Positions 27,138-42,619 of a stretch of 64,000 nucleotides of DNA are shown here, piece by piece. The notes beneath the pieces were generated by a model that did no database searches, was not told the origin of the DNA, and saw nothing but the letters and a program-made list of their open reading frames with translations. The stretch lies in the NCBI GenBank assembly GCA_951406725.2, contig OX597825.1, positions 8,680,001-8,744,000 of the forward strand, in the 5' to 3' direction. The position numbers and the translations under genes were made by a program. The stretch is from Octopus vulgaris (lineage: Eukaryota). Position 1 is the first letter of the stretch; each line of letters opens with the position of its first letter.

Positions 27138-28051
27138 TAATATATAATATACATACATATATATCCGTTATGTTACTCTATGTTTTCCATATGCTAGTGT
27201 GTGTATATGTAACTGTTTCAAACTACTAATTTGGTTTGAATGTGTTTTTCTTATATATGTTTCATGATATTAAATATGGTATTAGATGGTTATCTCAGTT
27301 TCGAGGTTGTTTATGGTTACGTATGATACTTTTTACATAACACGGAAAGAGGAAACTCTTTAATTAAAATATCACTCGGCGTAGAAAATCATTAAATACA
27401 CAATCCTCTAGGGGTTACACGTTACATACGCCTAACTTAATTTCGTAAGACACCTGAGCCATGTCTATTACCTTCTTCGACTCTCGATGACTATAATGTA
27501 ACATATAACTTACAGTAAACAATTGGCCGTCTCGAGCCAGCGCGGGAGCATCTGCATAGACGTTAGAACTGATAGAAATAGCTGTGAATTTTAGCACCAA
27601 TCGTTTCAGTTCCGTCTCAAATGCAACATTACAATAAAACTAGTTTCTAACCGGACAGAAGAGGAAAATTTCCTAATCTGGCAACGAGCGTATAAGGAAC
27701 GTAGAGAAACACTAATTGCACCCTATAATTCGTTATTTACAGAATGGCATTTGTTATATTTCTTTTTCTCAAAACTTTTAGCAGAATTTCTTTCCAATAT
27801 AGGTTTTATTATTTGCGAGTTAATCATTGCTATATTATATTGTTATATTAATTATCAGTCTGTGTGAAATGATATTTTTTCCCCAGGCGTGGATCCTACA
27901 TATATTAGCCAAGATTAAAGCTGCAGCAACAATAAGCAGCTACATAAAAATTCGTGGGTAAATAGCAGACAATTGTGCAAATATAAAACAGGGAATTATA
28001 GGTAACAAAACCACTTTTTAAAAGAACTGTGTGTGTGTGTGCGTCTTTATG

Positions 28052-28134
<83 letters not shown>

Positions 28135-28135
<1 letters not shown>

Positions 28136-28430
28136 GAGCCACAATGGCCCAGTGGTTAGGGCAGCGGACTCGTGGTCGTAGGATCGCAGTTTCGATTTCC
28201 AGACCGGGCGTTGTGAGTGTTTATTGAGCGAGAACACTTAAAAGCTCCCCGAGGCTCCGGTAGGGTGGTGCTGTACTCTTTCGCCACAACTTTTCTCATT
28301 CTTTCTACTGTTGGCCTGCTCGCTTAGCCAGCGGGGTGGCGTCATTTGCAGGCTAAAAAACAATGCGAAGTGCATTGTGACCAGCGATGTGTAACACTAT
28401 CTGATAGCCTGGTCGGTCACGGTGATCACG

Positions 28431-28433
<3 letters not shown>
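28135..28433 (+). mobile_element. SINE family 3 (tRNA-derived head), tail type a
   Basis: A box tggcccagtgg, B box gtttcgatttcc; tail ends ggtcacggtgatcacggtga. Confidence 0.85.
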
Positions 28434-28476
<43 letters not shown>

Positions 28477-28544
28477 TATATGTGTATGTTTGTGTGCGTG
28501 TATGTATGAATACATATGTACATATGCGTGTGTTTATATATTCA

Positions 28545-29360
28545 CAGAATGCGACAGTATGTTGGAATCATTCGTATGAATTTAGAATAAAGTCGCACAC
28601 CCCATCAAAGAAAATCTCTCTTTGAAAATTTACGGGTATTAATAACGTTAAGAATCCTTTTCCCCACCGATTCAAGGAGTTCAGATTTAGCAACAATGAG
28701 GGCGTCAATACAGCGCCGGAACCGGGGAAATGCCCGAATCAGATGATCTCTAAGTATTTTGGACATAGCGTAGAATATGGCGGACATATTCCTTGTTGGT
28801 GGATACTCCCAGAACCATCCCAGTTGCTGGGAACTTAGTATGCACAACCTTTGGAACATTGGGGTTTCCATATAATCATCTGTGGTGGTTTTGGTTATGT
28901 TATGGTCTTGAAAGAAGTTTTTTCTCAACAAAGAAAAACCGAAGCATTCCAAATTCTTCATGTTTTAAATGGTTTAGCAAATGCTAAACAAGTCTCAAAC
29001 GATTCTCCCTTGTCACACCTGACACAAACTCATCTCACCATATCACATAAGATTTGTATTGGGCGCCCTTATGTGCAACTCCTGTGATGATACATTCTAA
29101 AAACCTCCAGGTTCATTTTAAAGGTTCTGGAGTTTTTACCGATTATTTCTTTGATTTCTTGTGTAAAGTTATGTGTTATGGTATTTTGACACTGCGTATG
29201 AGTTTTGCGTTTAGCCCCTGGTGCTGGATCGCCATCAGCATATTCCAGCCCCTTTCGAACATTATCAGCAATGGATCGAGCAACTTTGAGGAGGCGAGCA
29301 CATCTACTTCACTAGGCTGCACTTTGAAGCACGCTTTTGTTTTTATTTGCTGAGTCAATC
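28545..29360 (-). pseudogene. Tc1/mariner superfamily (maT/DD37D-like) transposase remnant, internally deleted
   Basis: Broken frames give ARLLKVARS, AKRKTH, YKSYV, LKHEEFGML, VPKVVHTKFPATGMVLGV, RDHLIRAFPRFRRCIDALI. Confidence 0.75.
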
Positions 29361-29599
29361 TAACATCGGATATTAATTATCAGAAGATTAAGATAAACTA
29401 AAATGTTAGAAGAAAGTTAAAGCTTTTGAGAAAGATGTCTTCTGATAAAAAATAAATGATAAATAATAAGTAATATATTATATCTATAAATATATATGAT
29501 AAATGATAAATAAAATATATTATATATATATATATTTATAATAAATGATAAATATATATATATATATATATATATTTATGTGTGTGTGTATGTATGTAT

Positions 29600-29661
<62 letters not shown>

Positions 29662-29665
<4 letters not shown>

Positions 29666-30010
29666 TGTCCGTCGATGCAACGAAGACCATCCAGTCATCC
29701 TGTGGTGGGGGTGGGCTTGTTTTGTGAGTCCGCAGATGGCTTGTGAGGCCAGTCTGCGCTCGAAAGAGTCTTTGACAATGTGGACAGGGAATGAGAGCGC
29801 CTGCTACAGGGTTGTCAGCTCTATTCTTCCTGGCTTGTCCGCGCTCTTCTGCAGCAGCGATCCTATTGGTCTCGCAAGTGTTGGCACCCTTGTGGACAGC
29901 CACCCTTCTCTTTCTAGAGCAGACTGCTCCCAAGTGTCATGGTCGATGTTGAAGGGTTTCAGTGAGACTTTCAGTGTGTCCTTAAAGCGCTTCTTCTGGC
30001 CACCTTGTCT
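29662..30010 (-). mobile_element. RTE-clade LINE 3' fragment with C-terminal C2H2 finger
   Basis: [28 protein letters not shown]...[21 protein letters not shown]. Confidence 0.85.
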
Positions 30011-30239
30011 TCGTCGCTATGTTCTGAGTTCAAATTTCGCTGAGGTCGACTTTCCCTTACATCATTTCGGGATCGATAAATGAAGTACCAGTACCACTCC
30101 TCAATGTATTTCTGCCCATTCTTTTTGCAGTCAGTTTGATCTGTCATGTTTCGTTTGAGGCATTGGTTTCAGGTTCTTCATCTATTTTAGGGTTAATGCC
30201 AAGTTCCTTTGCGAATTTGTGATTATTATTATTATTATT

Positions 30240-30273
<34 letters not shown>

Positions 30274-30274
30274 G

Positions 30275-30308
<34 letters not shown>

Positions 30309-30329
30309 CAGTTTTATTTTTATTTTTAT

Positions 30330-30549
30330 AGCGTGCTTTCACTTCACTACCGAGCGCAGCTCTGTGTGCCTTGGGTATGTGATGTGATTTGTTGTGATGC
30401 TCTGGTGGTTATTGTATGGAAAGTGTTCTGCGTAGGATGTGTGCAGTGCCTAGTAGTGCAATTTTCTGTATGTTATATGTGTTTGTAAGTCCTGGTGTTT
30501 TTGTTATGTATTTGTCTGAATATTTTTTTATCATGCCTAATGCACCTAC

Positions 30550-30595
<46 letters not shown>

Positions 30596-30940
30596 TATTA
30601 TTATTCAGAAGTCATCTTTTAATCACGTGCTTTCACTGCACTACCGAGCGCCGCTCTGTGTCATGGGTATGCGCTGTAGTTTGTTAAGGTGCTCTTATTT
30701 TCACTGTATTGAAAGTGTTTTACGTAGGATGTGTGCGGTGCCTAGTGGTGTTATTTTCTGTATGTTATATATACTTGTTAGTTATAGCAATTTTGTTATC
30801 TATTTGTCTGAATATTTTTTCATCATACTAAATGCGCCTACTATGGATAATAATTGTTTCTGTTTTGAGACTCCATTTACAAGCTACTACTATATCCAGG
30901 TCTTTGGTTTATGAAAGTTTCTCTGTTTCTGTTAGAGAAA
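30330..30940 (-). mobile_element. Two tandem R4/Dong-like LINE 3' ends in (TTA)n
   Basis: First reads VGALGMIKKYSDKYITKTPGLTNTYNIQKIALLGTAHILRRTLSIQ* (30330-30550); a paralogous copy at 30620-30940. Confidence 0.8.
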
Positions 30941-33900
30941 TATTGTCATCTTGTTGTTGTTGTTAGTGGTGTTGTTGTTAATATTATTATCTTAATGCAT
31001 GATAACATTGCCGCGCTGTAGGGCCGTGCTTCAAATCATCCATGGAGATGTAAGACATTCTAAACCTGCTGAAATATATCATTCTCTAATTCTGTCAAAC
31101 CAATTATTTCCGAGATTGAGTATATGACACAGATAGTAAGTAAGTTTGAGAAAGAGATAAGAGCCTACCTCAAGGGAAGCACAAGCACCTTGCTCTTCAA
31201 TGGTGGGTTAAGTTGACCTCGGCTGCTCATGGTGTAGACAGCTGGAATGAGTTTATTTGGAAGCAATCTATACGACGCTCAAGGAAATTCTGAAACTTGG
31301 CACAACATGATAATAATGATGAGATAGCAATGATTATATGGTATTCATTGCCATAAACATTTACGAAAGCATGGCATTTCATTAAAAGAAATATATACAT
31401 GGTTGGGCTAATACATATAAGTGTCTCTATGTACATACACACACTTGCACATACAGACATACATACACACATATATATATATTGTACACATAAACTATCA
31501 GCTTACATGTATGACGATGTGTGTGTAAGTATGCCTGCGTGTGTGTATGAATGTGTGTACGATACGGTTGCTACCACTTAATTTAACGGAAATATTGCGT
31601 TGCAAAGAAAAATCAAAAACCAAAAACCAAAACAAATTATTCCATCTCACAACAGGTCTTCTTACGTTGTTATATTTTTCTCAGCTCGTAGTTATTTCAT
31701 GTAAATAAATATTTGTACAAACTTTTCACTAATATTTGCTGGCTTTTGTTTCTCAATTAAATCATATGTAATGTTTACTAGTAATTATATATATTAGAAA
31801 ACATACCTTTTAAAATTATGAATTAGGAAGAAAAAAATTGTTTACGTTTTCTTGCACTCTGATTCAACAGAAGTTGGTTCAGTTGCCATTCTACTACTTC
31901 GCTTTTTCTCTCTCTACGTTTCGTTCTCTATTGATTTATCTATTACAGATCGAAAGAATTCTACCAATGATTATGTGCAATTTACGAAAGTTTACTTCTA
32001 AAATAACTGTTTTCCAAAATTTTCGACCTTAATGATATTCAAAGGAGTACAAATAATGTATTTATCTAGTTGTGTTCGGTTTTTTTTCTTTCGATCGTAT
32101 GTTATACGTTTCTGTTGTTTAAAGTATAATTTTAGAAAGGAAACAACATCTATTCGCTCATATGTGCAAATTATTCGAACATACTGGCGTATCAATCTAA
32201 CATATTTGAAATGACAAATATAGATTTCAATCAGTGATACACACATAAACATACATGTATGGAAACTCGTGTACATATACATATGTCATACAAAATAACG
32301 TAATGTACACACACACAGAGACACTCACACACATATATATAAACCATTTAGATACGTAAATGCATGAATACCGAATATAAACGATCATATATACGTGTGG
32401 CTGAGGTTATATCTGTATGTGTGTTTGTGAGTAGGGGAACAATGTGGTGCCTAACAGCACGTAAAGTAATCCATGCACATTGCTGTAGATTTTTTTGCCA
32501 TGTATGAAGAAATTATTCGTTACTCTAAGAATATTTTTTCCAAAGTAAAGTAACCAACAAACTAATATATATTATAATATTTCAAAATCTTTCCAAAATA
32601 TCTCACTACTCCAATGCTTTTACCAGCGTAATATTTCTTTGCTTACCTGCATGGCGTGTATTAGCTAGTGCTGCTGTCAACTACGTTAGATCAAGAAACT
32701 TTTTAATAGAATTTTGTTTGTGTAATCAAATGATGTTATGTAAGTTTTATGGTGATTCATAGGTGTGCTCCCTTTCATATTTACTTTAAAGTTGAATATA
32801 AAAGAGTTTGTGTTCACAATTCAATATTAAAAGTGTATATATATATATATTCTCTTTTTTACATGGAAATATATAAGCTGTGTTATAGGAAAACACATAA
32901 AATGAATGCCTTACATAACGTTTATATACGTATTTCAAACCAAAAGTAGTTCTATACATGTAAGCTAGAACTCTGCGTATGACCATGTACATAGCTGTTT
33001 AATTTTCGGCGATATGAGTGCGGTCGTAATGTCGGGGCAATATGAACATCTACGCATCATACAAATACTAAAGAGATCATGATTTAGACTTCTGTACATA
33101 AATGAGCTAGTCAGTGAACGATCGGATCATTTTCCGGCATTGCAAACCATAAACGACTGACCAAGCTGCATCAATCAGCCTGCATGATGTCAAGTATGTA
33201 ACTACAAATAGCATCCACGAAACTGCCAAAGGAAATTCTTGCATCTTTAAAACAGAAGTGCTTACTGCTTCACAAAACACCAGATAGCATATAGCTATGA
33301 GCATTATTTTCAACACAGCTGTGCTCGAAGATGCTTACCAGCCACTTATCTGCATTAATTGGAATCAAAGATAGGTAAGATCGAACTTTCAGTCAAGATG
33401 GTCGAACACAAATAGAAAGACAGTTAGGCACCTTTTATATTTGCCTTGTTTTATTGACCTCTCATGCATCCTATCCCGTCTTGCTTTCATTCCGTGGGTT
33501 AAGAAGTTGTGGAATGTCGCATACGTTATGTAAGTGTGAGATGAATTATGATTGTTTCATTCTGAAGTAGTCTATGAAACTTCTTTTCTCTCCAGCTCCA
33601 GAACGGTGCTAAAAGCCCTAATTTAAGCATCAGCTCTGAAATTGTGTTCGTACCATAAACAGACTTCTGGCAATTCAGATGAGATATTCATGTTTCCCTC
33701 TGAAAACATATTCATATTTTACTTTTCATATGACGAACTGAACAAACCGAGATTTACTCTAATTTAGGCTGCAAAATTTGCAGAACACTTTAATATGAGC
33801 TCTCGACTATTCCGTTTTCTTGCAATTCTTAATAGCATGCTATACTGGGCATTCTGCCTCATTGTATCATCAGATTCTTTCATCTTTCAATTCGAAAGGA

Positions 33901-34051
33901 GTATGCACTTGCTGTACAGATTAAACATATGCAAATTCTAAAATTGGGCTCTTACTGAAGCATAAATGTAAAGAGCAGTCATGGAAAAAGATATCTAATT
34001 AGCATCACTCTCCTTCGCTACCGCTCTGCTTCTCTCTCTCTCTCTTTTCCT

Positions 34052-34125
<74 letters not shown>

Positions 34126-34128
<3 letters not shown>

Positions 34129-34275
34129 AGAATTCACAAAAACAAAAGACGAAGAGAGGTGGTGTAGACAACAAACAGAGGTATTAGTATAACGCCCAGG
34201 AAGTGAAAAAGTCTTTAACGTTTCGAGCCTACGCTCTTCCACAGAAAGGAACACAGAAAGAAACAAGGAGAGAAA
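34126..34275 (-). mobile_element. Short PLE-like fragment with minimal hammerhead-like motif (34213-34248)
   Basis: cttt CTGTGGA a gagc-gtag-gctc GAAA cg TT aaag; 3' end abuts (TA)n. Confidence 0.6.
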
Positions 34276-35159
34276 GTAACGTGTAACTCTTCAGTTACAA
34301 CTGATGTTGTTGGTGAAACATGTTCTTTTTATATATTTATATTTATGAATTTTTATGCGTTTGTAATTATTTATGTGTATGAAATTTTATATACTTATAA
34401 ATTTTCGTGTATAAGTATGTATTTATATATAAACACATACACGCATACATACACACACATAATATATATTCATGTATATATGGACCTAGATTGTTTGTGT
34501 ATGTGTATTCTTTAAATATTTTTGCGTATGTGAAATTCTGGCTAGGTATTGTGTTGCTATATCTAGCAGCGACAAATCTTCTATATGCAGTTTGACGTAC
34601 CATTCCAGACTCTTCCTCCTATGAGATCCCTTCTCCTTTGTTTCTAGGCATAGTTTGTATATTATTGTACCCAAGTAGGTGGTTTGCGGATCAATGACGA
34701 ACTACTATTGTCGCGAGTAAGACGTACCTGGCTATTACTAGAACTCATAGTAAATTTCTTATCACCGCTTGACTTTAGCTGGGAGTGACGAGCTTTGATT
34801 ATATAGCTGTTGGCCTTATTGCAAGAGACTCGTGAACCACGCCAAAATCGCCGAGGACACACAGGTAATTCGTTGGCAGAGTCCTCATCAACTTTTCCGA
34901 GTTTCACTTGAAAAGAATGAGGGTGGAGATGCAAGTGCTGCCACTCAGAAAATTTAATGGTAGACGGGAATAGAAAAGGAGGCTGGAGTGAACAGGCCTA
35001 ATCCGAGCATACGCCTGTAAAATGTCTGAGCAAAAATTGTAGAGGGCACTTCTCTAGTTGTCAAGTTGACTGTGTTTTTACAGGGGTTTCCCTATTCCCC
35101 GAGCAACCCTCGTAAGGGAATTTCAACCTTTCGGGATATCATGTCTTGTCTGTATGCTT

Positions 35160-35372
<213 letters not shown>

Positions 35373-36728
35373 TGTTAGTTAACTGATTACAGTTATTATT
35401 AGTGTAGTTCGATAGAGAGAAATCTTTTCCTTCATTGGTAAAATCGCATTTGGTATATTTCCGGCTCTTTGCGTTTTCACCTCAAGTGTCTCTGAGGTCA
35501 ATATTCGCACTCATCCCTTAAGGGCGAATCAAAATCTCTCCCTAAATGCGCTCATCTGCTAACTAAATTATAAGCTTTATTGCTATTATTACCATTATTA
35601 TTCCTCTGCTCTTTATGTTACTCTGGTATCGCGTTTCCTTTAATTACTGTAGTTGTCAATAGATTTCATCTCAAATTCTCTGTAAAGAAATTTGTAAAAT
35701 ATAGCTAGCTGTTTCTCAAATATAAGCCCCGGAACTACAGAGCTACGATATATTTATCAGGTCTTTCATAATATTCTTGAACATAATTCAATAACTGCAA
35801 TGAAACCTCCGTAATGTCGGTCAAAACAATAATATAAAGAAATCTAATAACTACAGCCCAAAGTCAATTTCCTACAGTCGCCATATATTGTTTTACAAGA
35901 TTAAATTCTCGTTAGCAAAACAGGAAGTAGAACCGTGTTTTGTTTTCACTTTTATCAGTTCTATCTTAATTGTTGATATATAGTATTATTATGTCGGCAA
36001 TTATAATAAATGCCACCATCCATCATATCATATTTTACATTAATGTGTCAAAACGAAATGGAATATACAAACAAATTGAATATACGGACTGCTGGGTAGA
36101 ATATTGAATATGTCCCCTTAGATTAAGCCTAGACTTTATTTATGACGATTTTAGTTTGCTTTGAGAGTAGAACATTTCTTTGAAATGTTACGATATGTTA
36201 TTCAAATTGTGAGTATACTGGGATATTAATGCTGAAATCATTATCATATACGTTTCTAGTGTTGCTTAAAATAGAAACAAATCCTCAATCCTGAGGCTTG
36301 TCAGTAATTCTCCAGGTCAATTTTTTTTTTAATTTTGCTTTTGTGATCTTGTAAAACGAACAATTTCTGTCGCTAGAAATAGTTGACATTCTACTTGAGC
36401 GTAACACAAATGTTATTATAGCTTAACAAAAACCGCTGGTGTAACACCTTCCTCTCTCTGTCGTCAGAACATACATTTCATAATCACTTATACACCTAGT
36501 CACACTGTTACTGCTAATTACTACTACACTTCACTTACAAAAATGTTTCCCAATATTTTTTATACCAATAGCATATCACATCAATCTCTTTTATTTTTTA
36601 AATGCAATATCTTATCTCGTTCAGCTCGTATATATTTTAAATGCAATATCAATAAATGTTATTATATAAATATAATATTTACTAGCAATTACCTTCCTAT
36701 GTTCTTAATGCCTGAATAACTACCACTA

Positions 36729-37147
36729 AGGCGGTGAGCTGGCAGAAACGTTAGCACGCCAGGCGAAATGCGTAGCCGTATTTCGTCTGCCGTTACGTTC
36801 TGAGTTCAAATTCCACCGAAGTCGACTTTGCCTTTCATCCTTTTGGGGTCGATAAATTAAATACCAGTCACGCACTGTGGTCGATGTAATCGACTTAATC
36901 CATTTGTCTGTCCTTGTTTGTCCCCACTGTGTTTAGCCCCATGTGGGTAGTAAAGAAATAGGTATTTCGTCAGCCGCTACGTTCTGAATTCAAAATTCCG
37001 CCGAGGTCGAATTTGCCTTTCATCCTTTCTGGCTCGATTAAATAAATACTAGTTACGCACTGGGATCGATGTACTCGATTTAATCCCTTTGTCTGTCCTT
37101 CTCTGCCCCCTCTATATTTAGCCCCTTGTGGGCAATAGAGAAATATG
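36729..37147 (+). mobile_element. SINE family 2 with tandemly duplicated body
   Basis: Head ggcggtgagctggcagaaacg; the body gtatttcgtc...aaagaaata occurs twice. Confidence 0.85.
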
Positions 37148-37927
37148 AATAACTACCACTAACTCCTCCAGCCATACACTTTACACAAATGGATACAATT
37201 ATTATTTTACAATTACACACACACACACGAACATACACACATGCGCGCGCAGACATACACAGATTGGTCAGAACTCTCCACCAGACACAATTCCTCAGTA
37301 TTTAAGGCACGCAAGCATTCGCATACAAGCTTTCTGAGAGATATTGTAGAACTTCTGTGTACATAGGTATATTCACAAAAGGCCATCTCTACACCCAATT
37401 GCGTCAGTATATGTCCGATATCAATTTCACTTGTGCTCACACTTCTCTGCTAGAAACCATCAACAACAGCATACTCAGTCAGGTCCCTACGTTATTGCCC
37501 ATGCTCGTTTTTCCATAACACTAAAGCCAATATATATGTGTGTGTGTGTCTGTCTGTCAGTCTGCCTGTGTCTGTGTCTCTGTCTGTCTGTGTGTGTGTT
37601 TGTGTATGTATTTTACGGAGATGTACTTGCATAGCAAGTAACCTGAGCTGAGATTGTGTGTTGAAGCAAAAACAATTGCAGCGTGGAAGGTGTTTATAAT
37701 CCATTTAAAACACTCAGAAACCGTTAGTTCACTTAGAGTATGATGTATTGTTTTACGTCTGCGCACACTTAACCTTATATATTAGTATAGGTATATATAT
37801 AGGTATATATATAACTAAATATGTACCGAAACACATACAGAAACTTTAGAATAAATCTAAATATATGCACATTCAAATAAATGTACTAATGGAATGTATA
37901 CATATGTGTACGTATAGAGATATATAC

Positions 37928-38052
<125 letters not shown>

Positions 38053-38198
38053 CTTATTTATATAAAATTAGAGATAAAACCACTATTAGGCAAATCAAAC
38101 ATTGAAAAACATAAACCAAAACATAGAAATAAAATTAATTAATATAAATAGATATAAATTTTTCCCTGTAAGTTTGGATTTACTCCCTAATATTATTA

Positions 38199-38241
<43 letters not shown>

Positions 38242-38278
38242 ACTCACACACACACTTACATATATATACACATACACA

Positions 38279-38964
38279 TACAGGATGCGATTGGTAAATT
38301 GTCGCCATGTTATATTTTTGATTTAGCGTGATATGTTTTTTTCCTTGTGTCGACTACATAGTATAGCAGGGTCAGCTGGGCACTGTCAGCGAGAAAAACA
38401 CCACCATGACGTAATGCAGTTTACTCGAAATTTGGAAACATGGTGTACAGATTGGTATTGGAGCTGAAAGCACCAATATGAACAGATGCTGAACACAAAG
38501 AACAATTGTTGGCTTGCCAAGTACCGAGAATGGTAATTATCAAACATTCATTCAGCAACATAGTTGTTTGAAGTGATCACTAGTGATGTCAGTCAGACCT
38601 TTCTGCAAACTCATCACTCCTAACATCTGGACACCTATTTCTCCGGATTGCAACCCCCTTCATTATTATCTTTGGGTCGCAGTTGAGCGAGAGACCGACA
38701 AAAAGCTTGTAATACCAAAGCTGAAATGAAGGCAAGAATTATGGTAGGATTCACAAACTTAAACAACGAGAGCGGCCAAAAGATTTGCAGGAGATTTCGA
38801 ATTTTTTGTGGAGGTTATGACAATTTTATTGAATAAAATTACTTCGTAGTTTTTCAAGATATTTTTATGTAATTATGGTGAATATATCTGTAAAAATAAG
38901 ATGTCAGTGATATTTTCATTTTTTTTTTGTAATTAAGACGTGAATATAGTCGCCGCGCGTTGTA
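38279..38964 (+). pseudogene. Tc1/mariner superfamily transposon remnant
   Basis: TPNIWTPISPDCNP..YYLW.AVERETDK, CNTKAEMKARIM, KICRRFR resemble the WPPNSPDLNP region; TAca...tgTA ends. Confidence 0.75.
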
Positions 38965-39899
38965 TACGTAAGTATGTGTCTATATATGTAAGTATGTATG
39001 TATGTATGTATATGTGTTTATATAGTATATAAATACGCACACATATACCTTATTGCATAGATTTTATCTCATACTGATAATAGAAGTATACTTATTTAGG
39101 TACATTGGATTGCACACGTATCTATATACACAGATATGTGTATATATCTATGATAACATACAACAGAAAGAAGACACATACAGGTACTCACATATACCCT
39201 TAGACATACACACAGGTGCAACTATGCATGCGTTGATATAAGCAAATTTAGAGAACTTACATGCTTATAGGTACAGGTATGAGTGTATGTGCATAAATGC
39301 TTTGACGTAAACACTTCAGATAGATTGAATCTGTCAATATGATAACTGGAACAAAATTAACCATTCGTGTATATTATTAAAAGGAAATAATTTCTAAGGT
39401 ATATGCAAATCTGAAGTACATACACTGAAGGTGTAAACTTACAGAACCGTGCGGTGATTGTAGGTAAGTAGCTTCAAGAATATTAAGGAAACGGTTCAGG
39501 CATTGAATGCGGTAGACTGTAAACCTAAATCTCAACATATAAGTAGAATTTTATAAATAACAGGGTGTGTAAAGTTCCAATACAATATCTATTTTTATGG
39601 TGAACACAAAACATTGTTAGCCGAGAGAGGAATTATACATTCGTATCGGTAAAGTTTAAATTTCATTTCTGTAATTTTAACATACATGTGTATACTTAGG
39701 TATAGGTTATCACATAGGAATTGTTTATTATTTTAGGTGCAGCACCAATGGGAAAATAATTATTTTCATAGATGCGTCTAACATAATAAAAAATTAGAAT
39801 AACGCAAAAACAGTTACGTAAGAACATTTTTGTGGCTTAATACCACATATTCACCTGCCATTCAGTCTTAATTGATACTTCTATTATAGCTCAAAAATG

Positions 39900-40290
39900 T
39901 GGAGGCACAATGGCCCAGTGGTTAGGGTAGTGTACTCGCGATCGTAGGATCGCGGTTTCGATTCACAGACCAGGCGTTCTGAGTGTTTATTGAACGAAAA
40001 CACCTAAAGCTTCATGAGTTCCCAGCAGGGGATGGTGGCGGACACTGCTCTACTCTTTCACCATAGTTTCCCCCACCTCGTTCTTCCTGTTTCTCCTGTA
40101 CTTGTACTTCGAAGGACTTGCCTTGTCACACTCTGCGTCATGTTGAATTTCCTCGAGAGCTACATTAAGTGAATCTCCCCAAGAACTACATCTGTGGAGT
40201 GCTCAGCCACTTGCACGTTAATTTTCATGTGCAAGCTGTTCCGTTGATCGGATCAACTGCAACTTACGTCTTCGTAACCGACAGAATGCC
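39900..40290 (+). mobile_element. SINE family 3, tail type b
   Basis: Same tRNA-like head as 28135 but a different 3' half. Confidence 0.85.
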
Positions 40291-42577
40291 TGGTATAGCT
40301 CGAAAATATTTTCAAGCTAAATACTTCCCTAAATCTGGCCCATATCATGATATTGTCTATAGACAAAAATTAAATTACTTCTACATTCTAAAGAAATGTT
40401 GTAGATAAAAATGTTCGCATAAATTTAAGTGCAAATCTTTTAGTTTTACCTAGTAATAAAAATGCTAGTGTCTGGTTTTCCATATTTAGTTACTCTCATA
40501 TAGTAATACTATACATTTGTTTACCTCTCAGTTATTCTACAAAATGGGTAGCATAGGATATAATAATATATTGCCCAATTTTACTTTTAGATTAAAATGT
40601 TTGTGCACAGCTCTTCCTCTATAAAACATTCTATATCGGTAGATTAGAATATATCGTTTAAGTTATCATCATTAATTTTACTGGACTTAATAACGTCACA
40701 ATATCAATTTCTTTCCAGAGATACTTAGTAAAAAATAATCGAACTGGTTACATATCTCTGCTTGAGATTCCTAAACAAGATTGACTATTTAATATTTAAT
40801 GGACATAAGCAAAGATAGTCTGGTAACTTCCTGTACATTTCATTCATAAACATTTTTATATTTTTCATACACACCAGTGCAATACATGCATATATATATA
40901 TATATGACTTTGTGTGTCCGTCCGTGTGTACACCTACGCGCACATACACATAGACTCAAACATATACACAAAGGTATATGGTGAAGTATTTGTTCTGCGA
41001 TCCTTCAGTCTCCAGCAAAGATGAAGATAACCTGTTCACTTCCTCTATGTGCAAACAGGAACTGCAGCATCCAACCAGTGATATGAAGTAACAACAAAAT
41101 TGAATCAAACATAATATCCCGCTGTGGACTCTGATCCGGTTCAAGTCATACTTGTCTAACGAAGAATTGGAAAACGTGGACACCTATCTAGACAGCTACT
41201 CAAAACATTTTTCACTGAATTAATTTTTATCTCCCATAGAGTTTTATCTTAAATTGCGATCGATCTTGCATAATAATACTTGTGTGCTTTCTTTTCCATA
41301 ATTCTACACATTTATCATATTGCATCTTCATCGCAATGGTAATTTTTGTAATCTCTCCAATATCTGCAACCATATTCAGAGATAAATTGATTTGCTTGGA
41401 AATTATTAAAAACGGAGAAATATTTTATGATAGTATATAAGAAATTAATTCCAGTCAATATAATATAATGGTTTTTAATTTCGTTCTAGTTAGCTATTTC
41501 GCATGCTGTTGTTTCACAAATGAGGATACGCATTTCTTCCTATATAGGAAAGAAATAAAGAAATATTCAAAATGAAAAATTCATTTAATGTCAGTGCGCT
41601 CGTTCATATGAGAATTTTATATTATATATTTATAAATATTTGGAAATATAAGATGCCTTTCATACTTTATCTCATCCAGTTAAAGAGTTATTTAAAACCT
41701 TAATATAAAATTTTAAATTGAGGAAAATGTTGAAATGTGTCCAATAAATAAAATGTAATTATCCATAAAGATCCTTCGTTAATAAATATGCACAAGTTAA
41801 TATTGAACGATAGGATAATATGAGATATAGCAGGAAACTTTCTCCTGCGAAGTGTCTCTGAAATATTTGGATTTTCTGTTAATCAGCTGCGTTGCTTGAA
41901 GTTAATTCATACCAAGAATTTCAGGATTTCAGTATTTTAATTTCAATATCGCAATGCCATACGAATATTTTAATATTTCGACCGGATATTAAATTATTAA
42001 GGTTCAGCGAAAGTTCAACCCAAATCAAAGATATGCATGATAAACAGAGCAATTACTCACCGTTTGTAAACAGCTTTAAACATTAGCAAATATAATCGTT
42101 ATGCAGCAAAGACTAGAATCTACCGTGGTGTCTATTTTATTACCATTCCATTGAGTTATTTGAAATTTTCAACAAATATTTATTAATTTAAAGTGGAATG
42201 TCACTGACCAGGTCGTATGTGTACGACGAAAGACTTTGATTCCGAATAATCTGTAATATTTCTATAACTAATAATAAAATAAATGTGGATATATCAATGA
42301 AGGTGTGAAAATTAAGTTACAATGAGTCGACTATGTAGGAATTGCTTTTGTCATATCAAAAGACTTCGAAGCAAATCAGTTACTAAGCAAGAGCGTCTCG
42401 AATATTCATTAGTTTTCATTTTTATACATAAGGTTAAATTATACATTTTAATTTTGTCGGTGGCACTTTCACAAATGATGTGTTACCCAAATGCAACGAA
42501 AGTATACAGGGCCAGATTCTTGGCGAGACATTTCAAACATATACACATACAATTACATACACATAAACATGCGTATA

Positions 42578-42619
<42 letters not shown>

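Noticed and set aside
28135-28210. tRNA gene (also at 39900 and 49750)
   Set aside because: A/B boxes belong to SINE heads that continue into shared SINE bodies; no full cloverleaf
33107-33700. Hydrophobic 69-aa frame resembling GPCR TM6-7, or an old RTE fragment
   Set aside because: Upstream in-frame stops and no diagnostic motif; cannot be distinguished from chance
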